Assembly: GCA_019310975.1 (NCBI GenBank)
Contig: JAFDDH010000002.1
Span: 33,569-97,568, forward strand
DNA length: 64,000 nucleotides
From: Deltaproteobacteria bacterium
GTDB lineage: Bacteria; Myxococcota_A; UBA9160; UBA4427
Reading direction: 5' to 3'
Of the stretch, positions 16,724 through 24,865 are shown one piece after another (the stretch's first letter is position 1; each line of letters begins with the position of its first letter). A program made the translations under genes and the position numbers. Under the pieces are notes generated by a model that saw only the letters and a list, made by a program, of their open reading frames with translations, had not been told where the DNA came from and made no database searches.

Positions 16724-18322
16724 GCCCCAGGTCAGCTCACTCGGCAGAGACGCGGGAGCCGCCGCGTCCGGAGCGGCACCCGGTGATGGCGCAGGTGCCT
16801 CCGTGGGCGCGGCGGGTGCATGGGGCGCGGCGGGTGCATGGGGCGCGGCGGGTGCAAGGGGCGCGGCGGGTGCAGTGGGCAAGCTCGGCGCTCCTCCCTG
16901 CATCTCCCGGGCCGGCCTCTCCAGGGCTGCGGGGGCCAGCGATGAATCGGCGGGCACGCCGAGATCGCCGACTATCGAGGGCTCCGGGATCGGTCGGTTC
17001 TCCCGGGCGATGCGGAGGGTCACGCGGGTGGCCTCGGCGGGAACGTCGCGAAAGATCGCCTGAAAGGGCGTACCGCGGCCCTGCTCGATGGTCCGGTTCG
17101 CGAGCGACCAGGCCGCGCGATCCTGAGCCATGCGCAGCACATCGGGCTCGGCCTCGCGCAGATCCGTTTCGCTGACGAGAACACCTGCCGGCTGTGCGTG
17201 GACGTCGACCGGTCGGCCGTCGTGACGAAGCAGCGCGACTTCGACGATGCCCACCGCGACAACGGGGCGTGCCTCGCGACTGCGAAGCTCGCCCACCACT
17301 GCGAGCAGCGTCTCGCCGCGCGACGTGTCGACCCACTGTCCGCGAACGTTCTCCGCTTGGAGCGGTCCGACCTCCAGGGTCTGGGGTGTGCTGACGAGGG
17401 ACTCGGCGATCCCCCAGAATCCGCTCACGAGAGCGAGACCCACGAGCGCGATCGTGGCCGCCCAGCCCGCACCCTGCCCGGCCCACGCAAGCCCGCGTGT
17501 CATGACGCTGGGTGCCGCAGCCTCGCCGTCGTAGTCGTCGTCCTCTTCGGCCTCCCAGGCCTCGGTCAACGCACCGATGCCATGGGTCGAATCACCGAGT
17601 GAGCCGCCCGGAGCGAGCTCGACCGAACCAATCGCGGCGCTCGCCTGGCCGCCGTCGAGTGAGCTCGTGGCAGCGGGAGCGGCGCTCGCATCGCCGAAGA
17701 AATCCCAGTTCTCGGGCTCGCCGAGGTCTTCGCTGCGCCCCTGCTCGGCATATTGCCCGGCGTTGGCCAGATTCGGCTGTGCGGGGTGGACGCTCGACTG
17801 CTCGTCATCGGCCGCTTCCTGGCTACCGGTGTCCAGATCGCTCGCCCGTGTCTGGTCGTCTTCCTCCATCAAGGAGGAAAAATCGTCGACGGAGCCGAAC
17901 GCGGACTCCTCGTCTTCTTCTTCCACAACCGGATCGTCCGGGTCGTTCTTTGCCTCTTCCTCGCCCTCGAGCGCCAGACCCGACGCGCCGTTCTGACTGA
18001 GCCCGCCGAAGGCGCCCTGCCCCTCGTCCTGACTCTCCTTGGCCTCGCTCGGATCGACGTTGAACTCCCAATCGTGCTCATCCTCGTCGCCCTGCACCTG
18101 CGCTCCGGGCGGCAGATCCTGCGTCATATCCGGCGGCCTCGTCCCACCCGACTGCGCGGCCTCACTCGCCACGGCGTCCACCGCGTCGGACGGGCTGGCC
18201 GATGGGTGCTGGAGGAAGAACGCCTCTTTGCAACGCGAGCAGCGCACACGGATGCCCTGATTGGGCACGCGGGCATCGTCGAGTTGGAAGCTGGTATCAC
18301 AGTTCGTGCAGGTGACGATCAA
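16718..18322 (-). CDS. MJ0042-type zinc-ribbon protein with acidic linker, one TM helix and a DUF3426-like C-terminal domain
   Basis: 534 aa. The N-terminus MIVTCTNCDTSFQLDDARVPNQGIRVRCSRCKEAFFLQ carries CxxC...CxxC. A long Asp/Glu-rich region follows, then the TM segment GWAATIALVGLALVSGFWGI. The C-terminus contains (PAAPHA)n-type repeats. Confidence 0.7.
   Translation of the reverse strand: MIVTCTNCDTSFQLDDARVPNQGIRVRCSRCKEAFFLQHPSASPSDAVDAVASEAAQSGGTRPPDMTQDLPPGAQVQGDEDEHDWEFNVDPSEAKESQDEGQGAFGGLSQNGASGLALEGEEEAKNDPDDPVVEEEDEESAFGSVDDFSSLMEEDDQTRASDLDTGSQEAADDEQSSVHPAQPNLANAGQYAEQGRSEDLGEPENWDFFGDASAAPAATSSLDGGQASAAIGSVELAPGGSLGDSTHGIGALTEAWEAEEDDDYDGEAAAPSVMTRGLAWAGQGAGWAATIALVGLALVSGFWGIAESLVSTPQTLEVGPLQAENVRGQWVDTSRGETLLAVVGELRSREARPVVAVGIVEVALLRHDGRPVDVHAQPAGVLVSETDLREAEPDVLRMAQDRAAWSLANRTIEQGRGTPFQAIFRDVPAEATRVTLRIARENRPIPEPSIVGDLGVPADSSLAPAALERPAREMQGGAPSLPTAPAAPLAPAAPHAPAAPHAPAAPTEAPAPSPGAAPDAAAPASLPSELTWGP
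16805..16880. repeat. 18-bp x4.2 tandem repeat (GGGCGCGGCGGGTGCATG)
   Basis: Units at 16805, 16823, 16841 and 16859. The first two are identical and the last two differ at 1-2 nt. On the minus strand they encode APAAPLAPAAPHAPAAPHAPAAP near the C-terminus of the zinc-ribbon protein. Confidence 0.9.
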
Positions 18323-18513
18323 GTCATCGACCTCATCGGTGCCGCATCCGAGTCACTCCCTTGTGCTAGGGTCGACGCTCGATCCACGACGGTCTAATCG
18401 GTGTTTCGGATGGGCCGACGCGGTGCTTGAGCCTCGAGGGTGCCGCCTGGCGAGGTGGGTGATACGGACCGCGCCCGTCGGCCACGAGGCCATCATCCGG
18501 TGTCTGTTCCGAT

Positions 18514-18609
18514 GCCGTTTCCCGTGTCCCTTCCCATGTCCCTTCCCGTGTCCCTTCCCATGTCCTTTCCCATGTCCTTTCCCATGTCCTTTCCCATGTC
18601 CTTTCCCAT
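18514..18609. repeat. 12-bp x8 tandem repeat (GTCCYTTCCCRT), pyrimidine-rich
   Basis: Read directly as gccgtttcccgt gtcccttcccat gtcccttcccgt gtcccttcccat, then (gtcctttcccat)x4. It ends at the ATG at 18608. In the ArsA frame it reads MPFPVSLPMSLPVSLPMSFPMSFPMSFPMSFPM. Confidence 0.95.
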
Positions 18610-19624
18610 GACAACGGAAATCGACCTCTCCCTCCTCAGTCGACGCATCATCATCGTGAGTGGCAAGGGGGGCACCGGAAAGACCACGGTCAGCACGGCG
18701 CTCGGGCTGGCTGCGGCCGCGCACGGCCGCCGCACGCTGATCGTCGAGGTGGGCCCGACCGAGCACGTCACCCCGCTGCTCGATCCCGGCGGCCCGGCCG
18801 CCGGATACGCCGGGCGCGAGCTGCGACCCGGGCTCCACGTCCTGCGGATCGATCCCTTCCTGGCCGTCTCCGAGTACATCGGACTCCAGCTTGGCAGTCG
18901 GGGTCCTGTCGACCTCGTGCTGCGCAACCGTGCCCTGCGGCAGCTGCTCGACGGCGCGCCGGGCTGGCGGGAGCTCATCACGCTGGGCAAGATCTGGTAC
19001 CTCGAGCAGAGCCTGTCTCCCTCCGGGGCCCCGCTCTTTGACCTGATCGTCGTGGACGCGCCCGCCACCGGACACGGTGTGAGCTTTCTGGATGTGCCGC
19101 GCGTCGTGCAGTCGGCGGTGCGAGCCGGCCCGCTGGCCCGAAACGCCGGGCTCGTCGAGCGGTTGGTGCGCGATCCCGACAAGACGCTGCTGCTCCCGGT
19201 CTGCCTGGCCGAGGATCTCCCGGCGCGCGAGACCGGTGAGCTGATCGAGCGGATGCGCGACCGGGTGGGCATTGCGGTGGACCGCGTGGTGATCAACGCA
19301 CTCCCGGCACGGCCACTGCCCGATGACTTGTCCGATATCGGTGAGCGGCTGGCGGAGCTGCCGCCGACGCTCGATCTCTGCGTCCTGCCCGAGCCGCCGG
19401 TGCTCACGGCCTGTGCGTCGTACCTCACCTCGCGCCACGCGCTGGCCGAGCACTACGTCGGCGTCGTCGCAGAGCTCACGGGTCTACCCCTCGTCGGGCT
19501 GCCCTTTGTGATGGGCGGCCTGCGGCAACCGGGCGCGCTGGATCGCATCAGCGAGGCGCTGCTCACTCAGCCGCAATCGCCCGACGAAGCCGAGCCAGCG
19601 GCGAACGATCGGGTACACCGATGA
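18608..19624 (+). CDS. ArsA/Get3-family ATPase (first of a pair)
   Basis: In ORF 18440..19624. From MTTEIDLSLLSRRIIIVSGKGGTGKTTVSTALG (deviant Walker A), through DLIVVDAPATGHGVSFL (the ArsA-type DxPPTGH-like switch). The start is ambiguous: six in-frame ATGs plus GTGs lie in or just upstream of the repeat, and the longest ORF begins at GTG 18440. Confidence 0.8.
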   Translation: MTTEIDLSLLSRRIIIVSGKGGTGKTTVSTALGLAAAAHGRRTLIVEVGPTEHVTPLLDPGGPAAGYAGRELRPGLHVLRIDPFLAVSEYIGLQLGSRGPVDLVLRNRALRQLLDGAPGWRELITLGKIWYLEQSLSPSGAPLFDLIVVDAPATGHGVSFLDVPRVVQSAVRAGPLARNAGLVERLVRDPDKTLLLPVCLAEDLPARETGELIERMRDRVGIAVDRVVINALPARPLPDDLSDIGERLAELPPTLDLCVLPEPPVLTACASYLTSRHALAEHYVGVVAELTGLPLVGLPFVMGGLRQPGALDRISEALLTQPQSPDEAEPAANDRVHR

Positions 19625-20868
19625 CGCGGGACGCGGCCTGGGATGCGCTGGTTGGGGATGCGCGCATCGTCGTGTGCGTGGGCACAGGGGGTGTCGGCAA
19701 GACGACTCTGGCCGCCTCAATCGCACTCGAGGCGGCACGGCGCGGCCAGCGTGCCCTCGTGCTCACGATCGACCCGGCGCGGCGGCTGGCTGATGCGCTG
19801 GGGATCGGCGAGCTCGGCAATCAGCCACGCGAGCTGCCGCCCGAGCTCCACAGACGCCTGGGTCTGCCCGACGGCGCGCACCTCTTCGCCGTGATGCTCG
19901 ACATGAAGCGCACCTTCGATGATCTCGTCGAGCGTCTCGCCGCGAGTGAAGAAGCGCGCCAACGCATCCTCGCCAATCCGATCTACCAGCAGCTCTCCGA
20001 CGCGCTGGCGGGCAGCGGCGAGTACGCGGCGATGGAGAAGGTCTACGAGCTGCTCGAGAGCCAGCGCTACGACCTGGTGGTGCTCGACACCCCGCCCTCT
20101 CAACACGCGCTGGACTTTCTCGATGCGCCGCGCAAGCTGCTCGAATTCATCGACAGCCGCGTCGTCAAGTTGCTCGTACACCCTGCCCTCTCGGCAGGCC
20201 GCTTCGGGTTTCGGCTCTTTCAAGGTGCGACCCAGCGCGCCCTGAAGCTGATCGAGCGGCTGTCGGGCATTGGCTTCCTCGAGGACATCTCCGAGTTCCT
20301 GCTGGCGTTCGAGGATATGTCAGCCGGCTTTCGCGACCGGGCCACCCGCGTGCAGTCCATGCTGCTGGGACCGGAGGCGCGTTTCGTGCTGGTCGCGGCA
20401 CCCTCGCCCGAGGCAGCACGCAACGCGGAACTCTTCCTGACGCGGCTCGAAGCCACGCGCGTCCCGATCTCCGGAATCGCGATCAACCGCACGCGGCTGT
20501 GGCCGGGAGGTGGCGCTCCCGCGCAGGGTCTGCGCTGCGACGATGCGACGATCTCCGAGGCGCTGGAGACCGACCTGGTGCGATTGGCCGAAGCACTCGA
20601 CCCCGATGCGCAGCCGCCGGTCGAGGGTCGGCATGCCGCACTTGCGGCGCTGGCCGTCGCGAGGCAGTACGCTGGTCTCGTGCAGCTGGATCGCGACAGC
20701 ACCTCGGGGCTTCGCGCCCGTGCCCGACGTCTCGGCGTGGCGGTGCGCGACGTCCCGGAGCTCGCGTGCGAGGTGCACGACCTCGACGGACTCTCGCTGG
20801 TCGCCGTGCATCTCTTCGGGTCGGACGCGCCGGACGAGAGATCGGCCCCCCACCGGCAGGAGGTGTAG
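19621..20868 (+). CDS. ArsA/Get3-family ATPase (second of a pair)
   Basis: 415 aa. RIVVCVGTGGVGKTTLAASIALEAARRGQRALVLTIDPARRLADALG, then DLVVLDTPPSQHALDFL. Its start overlaps the upstream stop as ATGA. Confidence 0.85.
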   Translation: MTRDAAWDALVGDARIVVCVGTGGVGKTTLAASIALEAARRGQRALVLTIDPARRLADALGIGELGNQPRELPPELHRRLGLPDGAHLFAVMLDMKRTFDDLVERLAASEEARQRILANPIYQQLSDALAGSGEYAAMEKVYELLESQRYDLVVLDTPPSQHALDFLDAPRKLLEFIDSRVVKLLVHPALSAGRFGFRLFQGATQRALKLIERLSGIGFLEDISEFLLAFEDMSAGFRDRATRVQSMLLGPEARFVLVAAPSPEAARNAELFLTRLEATRVPISGIAINRTRLWPGGGAPAQGLRCDDATISEALETDLVRLAEALDPDAQPPVEGRHAALAALAVARQYAGLVQLDRDSTSGLRARARRLGVAVRDVPELACEVHDLDGLSLVAVHLFGSDAPDERSAPHRQEV

Positions 20869-20871
20869 GGC

Positions 20872-21468
20872 GTGACGGCGCGACGAACCTCCGCTCGAGG
20901 TGCTGAGGCGAACCCTCCCCGATCCGTCGAGGAGGCATTGGCACACGCGACCGGCCACGCCCGCAACGCAGTCTCCGAGTCGCTGCTGGCGGCCCGGTCG
21001 CTGATCGACGCCCTATCGCTCGCGCTTTCCGGCCAGCCCGTGGACGCAAGTGTCAGCACCCACTCCGGCCCACACGCTGCGCTGGTGTCGCTCGCGCAGG
21101 CAATCGATCGGTTGGCCGAGCGCGCACGCGGGACCGATACCTCCCTGCCCAGATCCGTCGCCGAGGCGCTCATCGATGCGCTCGAGTCCGAGATCGGGCG
21201 CTGGGAGCAGCGCTCGACGAGTGACGCGGACGCCCGCGCCGTCCTGCGCGCCTTCCTGGGCTTGCGCGAGATCCTGTGGGAGCTCGGCGTGCGCCCATCC
21301 AACGGGGCGGATGACGAAACGATACAGGACGAGGATGACTCCGGGGAACCCACGGCCCACTCCGAGACGGATCGACGAATCGATGAACCGCGCCCACCAC
21401 GGCCGCACAAGCGGCGCGGAAAGCCCCCGAAGCGTCCTCGCGTGCAGCGCATCCAGGTGGATGGCTGA
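20872..21468 (+). CDS. Hypothetical protein with a helical N-terminal part and a basic C-terminal tail
   Basis: 198 aa. GTG start 9 nt after GGAGG (20858-20862) and 4 nt after the ArsA stop. Third-position GC bias is consistent with coding. The tail reads PRPPRPHKRRGKPPKRPRVQRIQVDG. I recognise no motif. Confidence 0.45.
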   Translation: MTARRTSARGAEANPPRSVEEALAHATGHARNAVSESLLAARSLIDALSLALSGQPVDASVSTHSGPHAALVSLAQAIDRLAERARGTDTSLPRSVAEALIDALESEIGRWEQRSTSDADARAVLRAFLGLREILWELGVRPSNGADDETIQDEDDSGEPTAHSETDRRIDEPRPPRPHKRRGKPPKRPRVQRIQVDG

Positions 21469-21525
21469 GCCCGAGTCCGGCCGGGCGGGCCTGTGCTAGC
21501 GTCCCTCAACTCAAGCGAGCCCCCG

Positions 21526-22143
21526 ATGGCCATCCTCATCAAGCGCTACGCGAATCGCAAGCTCTACAACACTGACACCAGCCGGTACATCACGCTCAAG
21601 GGCATCGCCGAGCTGTTGGATGGCGGTGATGAGGTGCGCGTAATCGACAACGAGACGGGCGAGGACATCACCTCGGTCGCCCTCTCTCAGATCCTCGTCG
21701 ACAGCAAACGCACCAACACATCCCCGCCCGACAACCTTCTCTCGCAGATCTTCGTCCGCGGCGGCGACGTGCTCTACGAGGCGCTTAAGCGTGGCGTGGA
21801 CGACGCGTCGGATAATATCGGCGAGTTCCAGGACCGCATGCGCCGAATGATGAAGGGCGAGGAGCGGGTCGGCGATCGTGGGGATGGCGAGTCGAACGAG
21901 CCGCGACATGGCCTCGGCGAGTGGCTCGAGAAGGCGTCACCGGATCTGGAGCACCTGGTGCAGCGTGCCGTAGAGCGTGTATTCCGAATGCTCGACCTGC
22001 CGCGCCGCACCGACGTCGAGACGCTGAACCGCAATCTCGAGCGTGTAGCCTCCGCGGTGGAAACCCTCGAGAAGGCCTTCGCAGAGCGCGAGTCGGAACG
22101 CGGTGAGCGCCGTGAGCGCGAAGAGGCGCATCCGCCCAGCTGA
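21526..22143 (+). CDS. PhaR-type PHA synthesis regulator N-domain fused to a phasin-like C-terminal segment
   Basis: In ORF 21493..22143. MAILIKRYANRKLYNTDTSRYITLKGIAELLDGGDEVRVIDNETGEDITSVALSQIL is the PHB/PHA accumulation regulator DNA-binding domain. The C-terminal LDLPRRTDVETLNRNLERVASAVETLEK resembles phasin / PHA-granule-associated proteins. Confidence 0.75.
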   Translation: MAILIKRYANRKLYNTDTSRYITLKGIAELLDGGDEVRVIDNETGEDITSVALSQILVDSKRTNTSPPDNLLSQIFVRGGDVLYEALKRGVDDASDNIGEFQDRMRRMMKGEERVGDRGDGESNEPRHGLGEWLEKASPDLEHLVQRAVERVFRMLDLPRRTDVETLNRNLERVASAVETLEKAFAERESERGERREREEAHPPS

Positions 22144-22313
22144 GCGGCTCTTGACCCCAGCGCGGGCGCCTCCGATTGCTTCTACACCGCTGGCGGCTCT
22201 GACATGAAGCCGGCCAGCCGAGCCGCCAGCGTGCTCTGGTAGACTCGGGCGCCCATCTCGCTGTCGCGCATGGAGGCCGGCATTCGTTCCCACAATCTGC
22301 AAGGAGACAGACC

Positions 22314-23111
22314 ATGTCCGTCGTGCTCGTCGAGAAGAACGGCCACATCCTCACCGTCACGCTGAACCGACCCGAGAAGAAGAACGCGGTGAATTCCGAG
22401 GTGATGTGTCGCCTCTTCGACGCCTGGAACCAGCTGGATGCAGACGACGAGCTGCGCGTCGCCATTCTCACCGGCAAGGGTGACACCTTCTGCGCAGGCA
22501 TGGACCTGTCTGAGATCCCCAAGCTCAGCTCCGGCAAGCCCGAGAACGAGTACATGGAGCGGGTCCTGAAGGAGCCTGCCGTGATCTACGGCGCCTGGCT
22601 CAAGACCTACCGTCCCACCAAGCCGGTCATCCTCGCAGCCGAGGGCTTCGCACGGGCGGGCGGCACCGAGATCCTACAGGGCACGGACATTCGGGTGGCC
22701 GGCGAGAGCGCCATGTTCGGCGTAACCGAGGTGCAGCGAGGCCTCTTCCCGATGGCCGGCTCCGCGGTGCGCCTGCGCCGCCAGATCGGCTACGCGGTGG
22801 CGGCCGAGATGTTGTTGGCCGGCGAGGACCTGCCGGCGCGGCGCGCCTACGAGCTCGGATTGATCAATCATGTCGTGCCGGATGGTCAAGCCGTCGCCAA
22901 GGCGCACGAGATCGCCGACCGCATCGCGTCCAACGGACCGCTCGCAGTGAAGGCCATCCTGGCGACACTGCGCGAGACCGAGACGCTGCCCGAGGAGGAT
23001 GCGTTCGCAATCGAGCAGCAGCACGGGATGAAAGTAATGACTTCGAAGGACGCGATCGAGGGCCCACGTGCCTTCCTCGAGAAGCGCAAGCCGAGCTTCA
23101 TCGGCGAGTAG
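22314..23111 (+). CDS. Enoyl-CoA hydratase/isomerase (crotonase) family protein
   Basis: 265 aa. ILTVTLNRPEKKNAV, oxyanion-hole GKGDTFCAGMDL, and GFARAGGTEILQGTDIRVA. Confidence 0.85.
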   Translation: MSVVLVEKNGHILTVTLNRPEKKNAVNSEVMCRLFDAWNQLDADDELRVAILTGKGDTFCAGMDLSEIPKLSSGKPENEYMERVLKEPAVIYGAWLKTYRPTKPVILAAEGFARAGGTEILQGTDIRVAGESAMFGVTEVQRGLFPMAGSAVRLRRQIGYAVAAEMLLAGEDLPARRAYELGLINHVVPDGQAVAKAHEIADRIASNGPLAVKAILATLRETETLPEEDAFAIEQQHGMKVMTSKDAIEGPRAFLEKRKPSFIGE

Positions 23112-23113
23112 GC

Positions 23114-24853
23114 GTGACGCCGTCGATGGATGCGGCCGTTCGACTTCGCATCGCCGCCGCGGCGACGGCGATCGTGCTGGCGACCCTGGGCGTCTACTGG
23201 CAGACCTGGGAGCACGCATTCACCGTCTTCGACGACCCGCTCTACGTAACCGGTAATAGCCGAGTACTGGGCGGACTCAGCTGGGAGAATATCCGCTGGG
23301 CGTTCGCCGCACCGGATGCGTTCCTCTGGCATCCGTTGACTTGGCTCAGCTATATGGCGAGCGCCGACGCGCACGGTGCCACCTCGGCCGGTCCGTGGGT
23401 CATGACGGATGTGTTGCTGCACGCTCTGGGCGCAGTGCTGCTGCTGATCGTACTGACGAGGATGACGGGCCGGGTGGCGCCCGCCGCCTTCGTGGCCGCC
23501 CTCTTCGCGCTGCATCCCCTGCAGAGCGAGCCGGTGGCCTGGGTGTCCGGTCGCAAGGACGTGCTGGCGGGGCTCTTCTGCATGCTCACGCTGCTCGCCT
23601 GGCTGGCCTGGGTGCGGCGTCCGCACGCTGCGCGCTACGCGGCCGTGCTCGCGGCCTTCGCCCTCTGCCTGAGTGCCAAATCCAGCCTCGTCGCCCTGCC
23701 AGTCGTGCTGCTGGCCCTCGACTTCTGGCCCCTCAAACGGCTCGAGGCGCGTGCGCAGCTCGCGCCGCGGATCGCCGAGAAGCTTCCGCTGCTGGCGCTC
23801 TCGCTGGCTTCGGTCGCCATCCAGCTCGCCTTCGTCGCTCGCAGCTGGAATGTGTGGATCGAGGACCCGCCACTGCCCGATCGCATCGCCGGGGCGGCGA
23901 TGGGCATCGTGGCCATGCTCGGTCGCATCGTCTGGCCCTTCGATCTGGCGATCGTACGACCGACTCCCGCGCAGATGGGCCTTGCCTTCTGGAGCCCCGT
24001 CGAACTCATACTCACTGGCGCCGGGCTGCTGGGGATCACGATCGCTGCGACCCTGTGCGCGAGGTGGAGCCGCCCTGTCCTGGTCGGCTGGATCTGGTTT
24101 CTCGCGCTGCTGCTTCCGATGAGCGGGCTGCTTCCAGCGGGCCTGCGCGTCATGCACGACCGCTATGGCTACGTACCCATGATCGGCATCGCCATCGCCG
24201 CCGCCCACGGAGCAGCCGAGCTCGCCGGCCGCCATCGCTCGAGGCGAGCGCTGCTCGGATCGCTGGGCGTGGCATTGATCGTCTGCTCGGCATGGCTCAC
24301 AACCCGCCAGGTCGCGGTCTGGCAGGACAGCCTCACCCTCTTCGATCACGCCCTGCGCGTGACCGAGCGAAACGCAATCGTCCACTACAGCCGCGGTGTG
24401 GCGCTCGCCGGCAGTGGCCAGATCGACCGCGCCATTGCGGACTTCCGCACCGCGCTCTCGATCTACCCCCGCCACCCCGATGCGAACACCTCGCTGGGCT
24501 GGCTCCTGGATCAACGGGGGCATCACGATCAGGCCCTGCCTCACCTCCGGTTGGCCGTGGAGGCACGGCCGGGCTGGATACTCGCCCTGACGAACCTCGC
24601 CAACGCCCTGATCGATGCGGGCGAGCGCGAAGAGGCGCTGATGTGGCTGGAGCGGGCCGTCGAGACCGAGCCCGGATCCCCGAACAGCTGCTACCGCCTC
24701 GGCAAGGCGCTCGAGCGCGCGGGCAGGATCGATGCGGCCGAGGCACAGTACCGCCAAGCCTTGCGAATCGATCCGCATCATCCACACGCGAAGCTCGCGC
24801 TCATGGCTGTCGAGCGTACTCGGCGCATCCAGGAGGAGACTTCCGAGCGCTGA
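23114..24853 (+). CDS. TMTC/DUF1736-like multi-pass membrane protein with C-terminal TPR repeats (putative GT-C glycosyltransferase)
   Basis: 579 aa with a GTG start. FTVFDDPLYVTGNSRV...LWHPLTWLSYM...LFALHPLQSEPVAWVSGRKDVLAGLF matches the bacterial TMTC/PMT_2-like N-domain. The C-terminus carries about five TPR units (YSRGVALAGSGQIDRAIADFRTALSIYPRHPDA...). Confidence 0.75.
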   Translation: MTPSMDAAVRLRIAAAATAIVLATLGVYWQTWEHAFTVFDDPLYVTGNSRVLGGLSWENIRWAFAAPDAFLWHPLTWLSYMASADAHGATSAGPWVMTDVLLHALGAVLLLIVLTRMTGRVAPAAFVAALFALHPLQSEPVAWVSGRKDVLAGLFCMLTLLAWLAWVRRPHAARYAAVLAAFALCLSAKSSLVALPVVLLALDFWPLKRLEARAQLAPRIAEKLPLLALSLASVAIQLAFVARSWNVWIEDPPLPDRIAGAAMGIVAMLGRIVWPFDLAIVRPTPAQMGLAFWSPVELILTGAGLLGITIAATLCARWSRPVLVGWIWFLALLLPMSGLLPAGLRVMHDRYGYVPMIGIAIAAAHGAAELAGRHRSRRALLGSLGVALIVCSAWLTTRQVAVWQDSLTLFDHALRVTERNAIVHYSRGVALAGSGQIDRAIADFRTALSIYPRHPDANTSLGWLLDQRGHHDQALPHLRLAVEARPGWILALTNLANALIDAGEREEALMWLERAVETEPGSPNSCYRLGKALERAGRIDAAEAQYRQALRIDPHHPHAKLALMAVERTRRIQEETSER

Positions 24854-24865
24854 TGCCGGCCTGCG

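Noticed and set aside
18514-18609. The 12-bp x8 repeat considered as a CRISPR array.
   Set aside because: The units are contiguous with no spacers, they are far shorter than CRISPR repeats, and there are no cas genes in the window. It is a simple tandem repeat.
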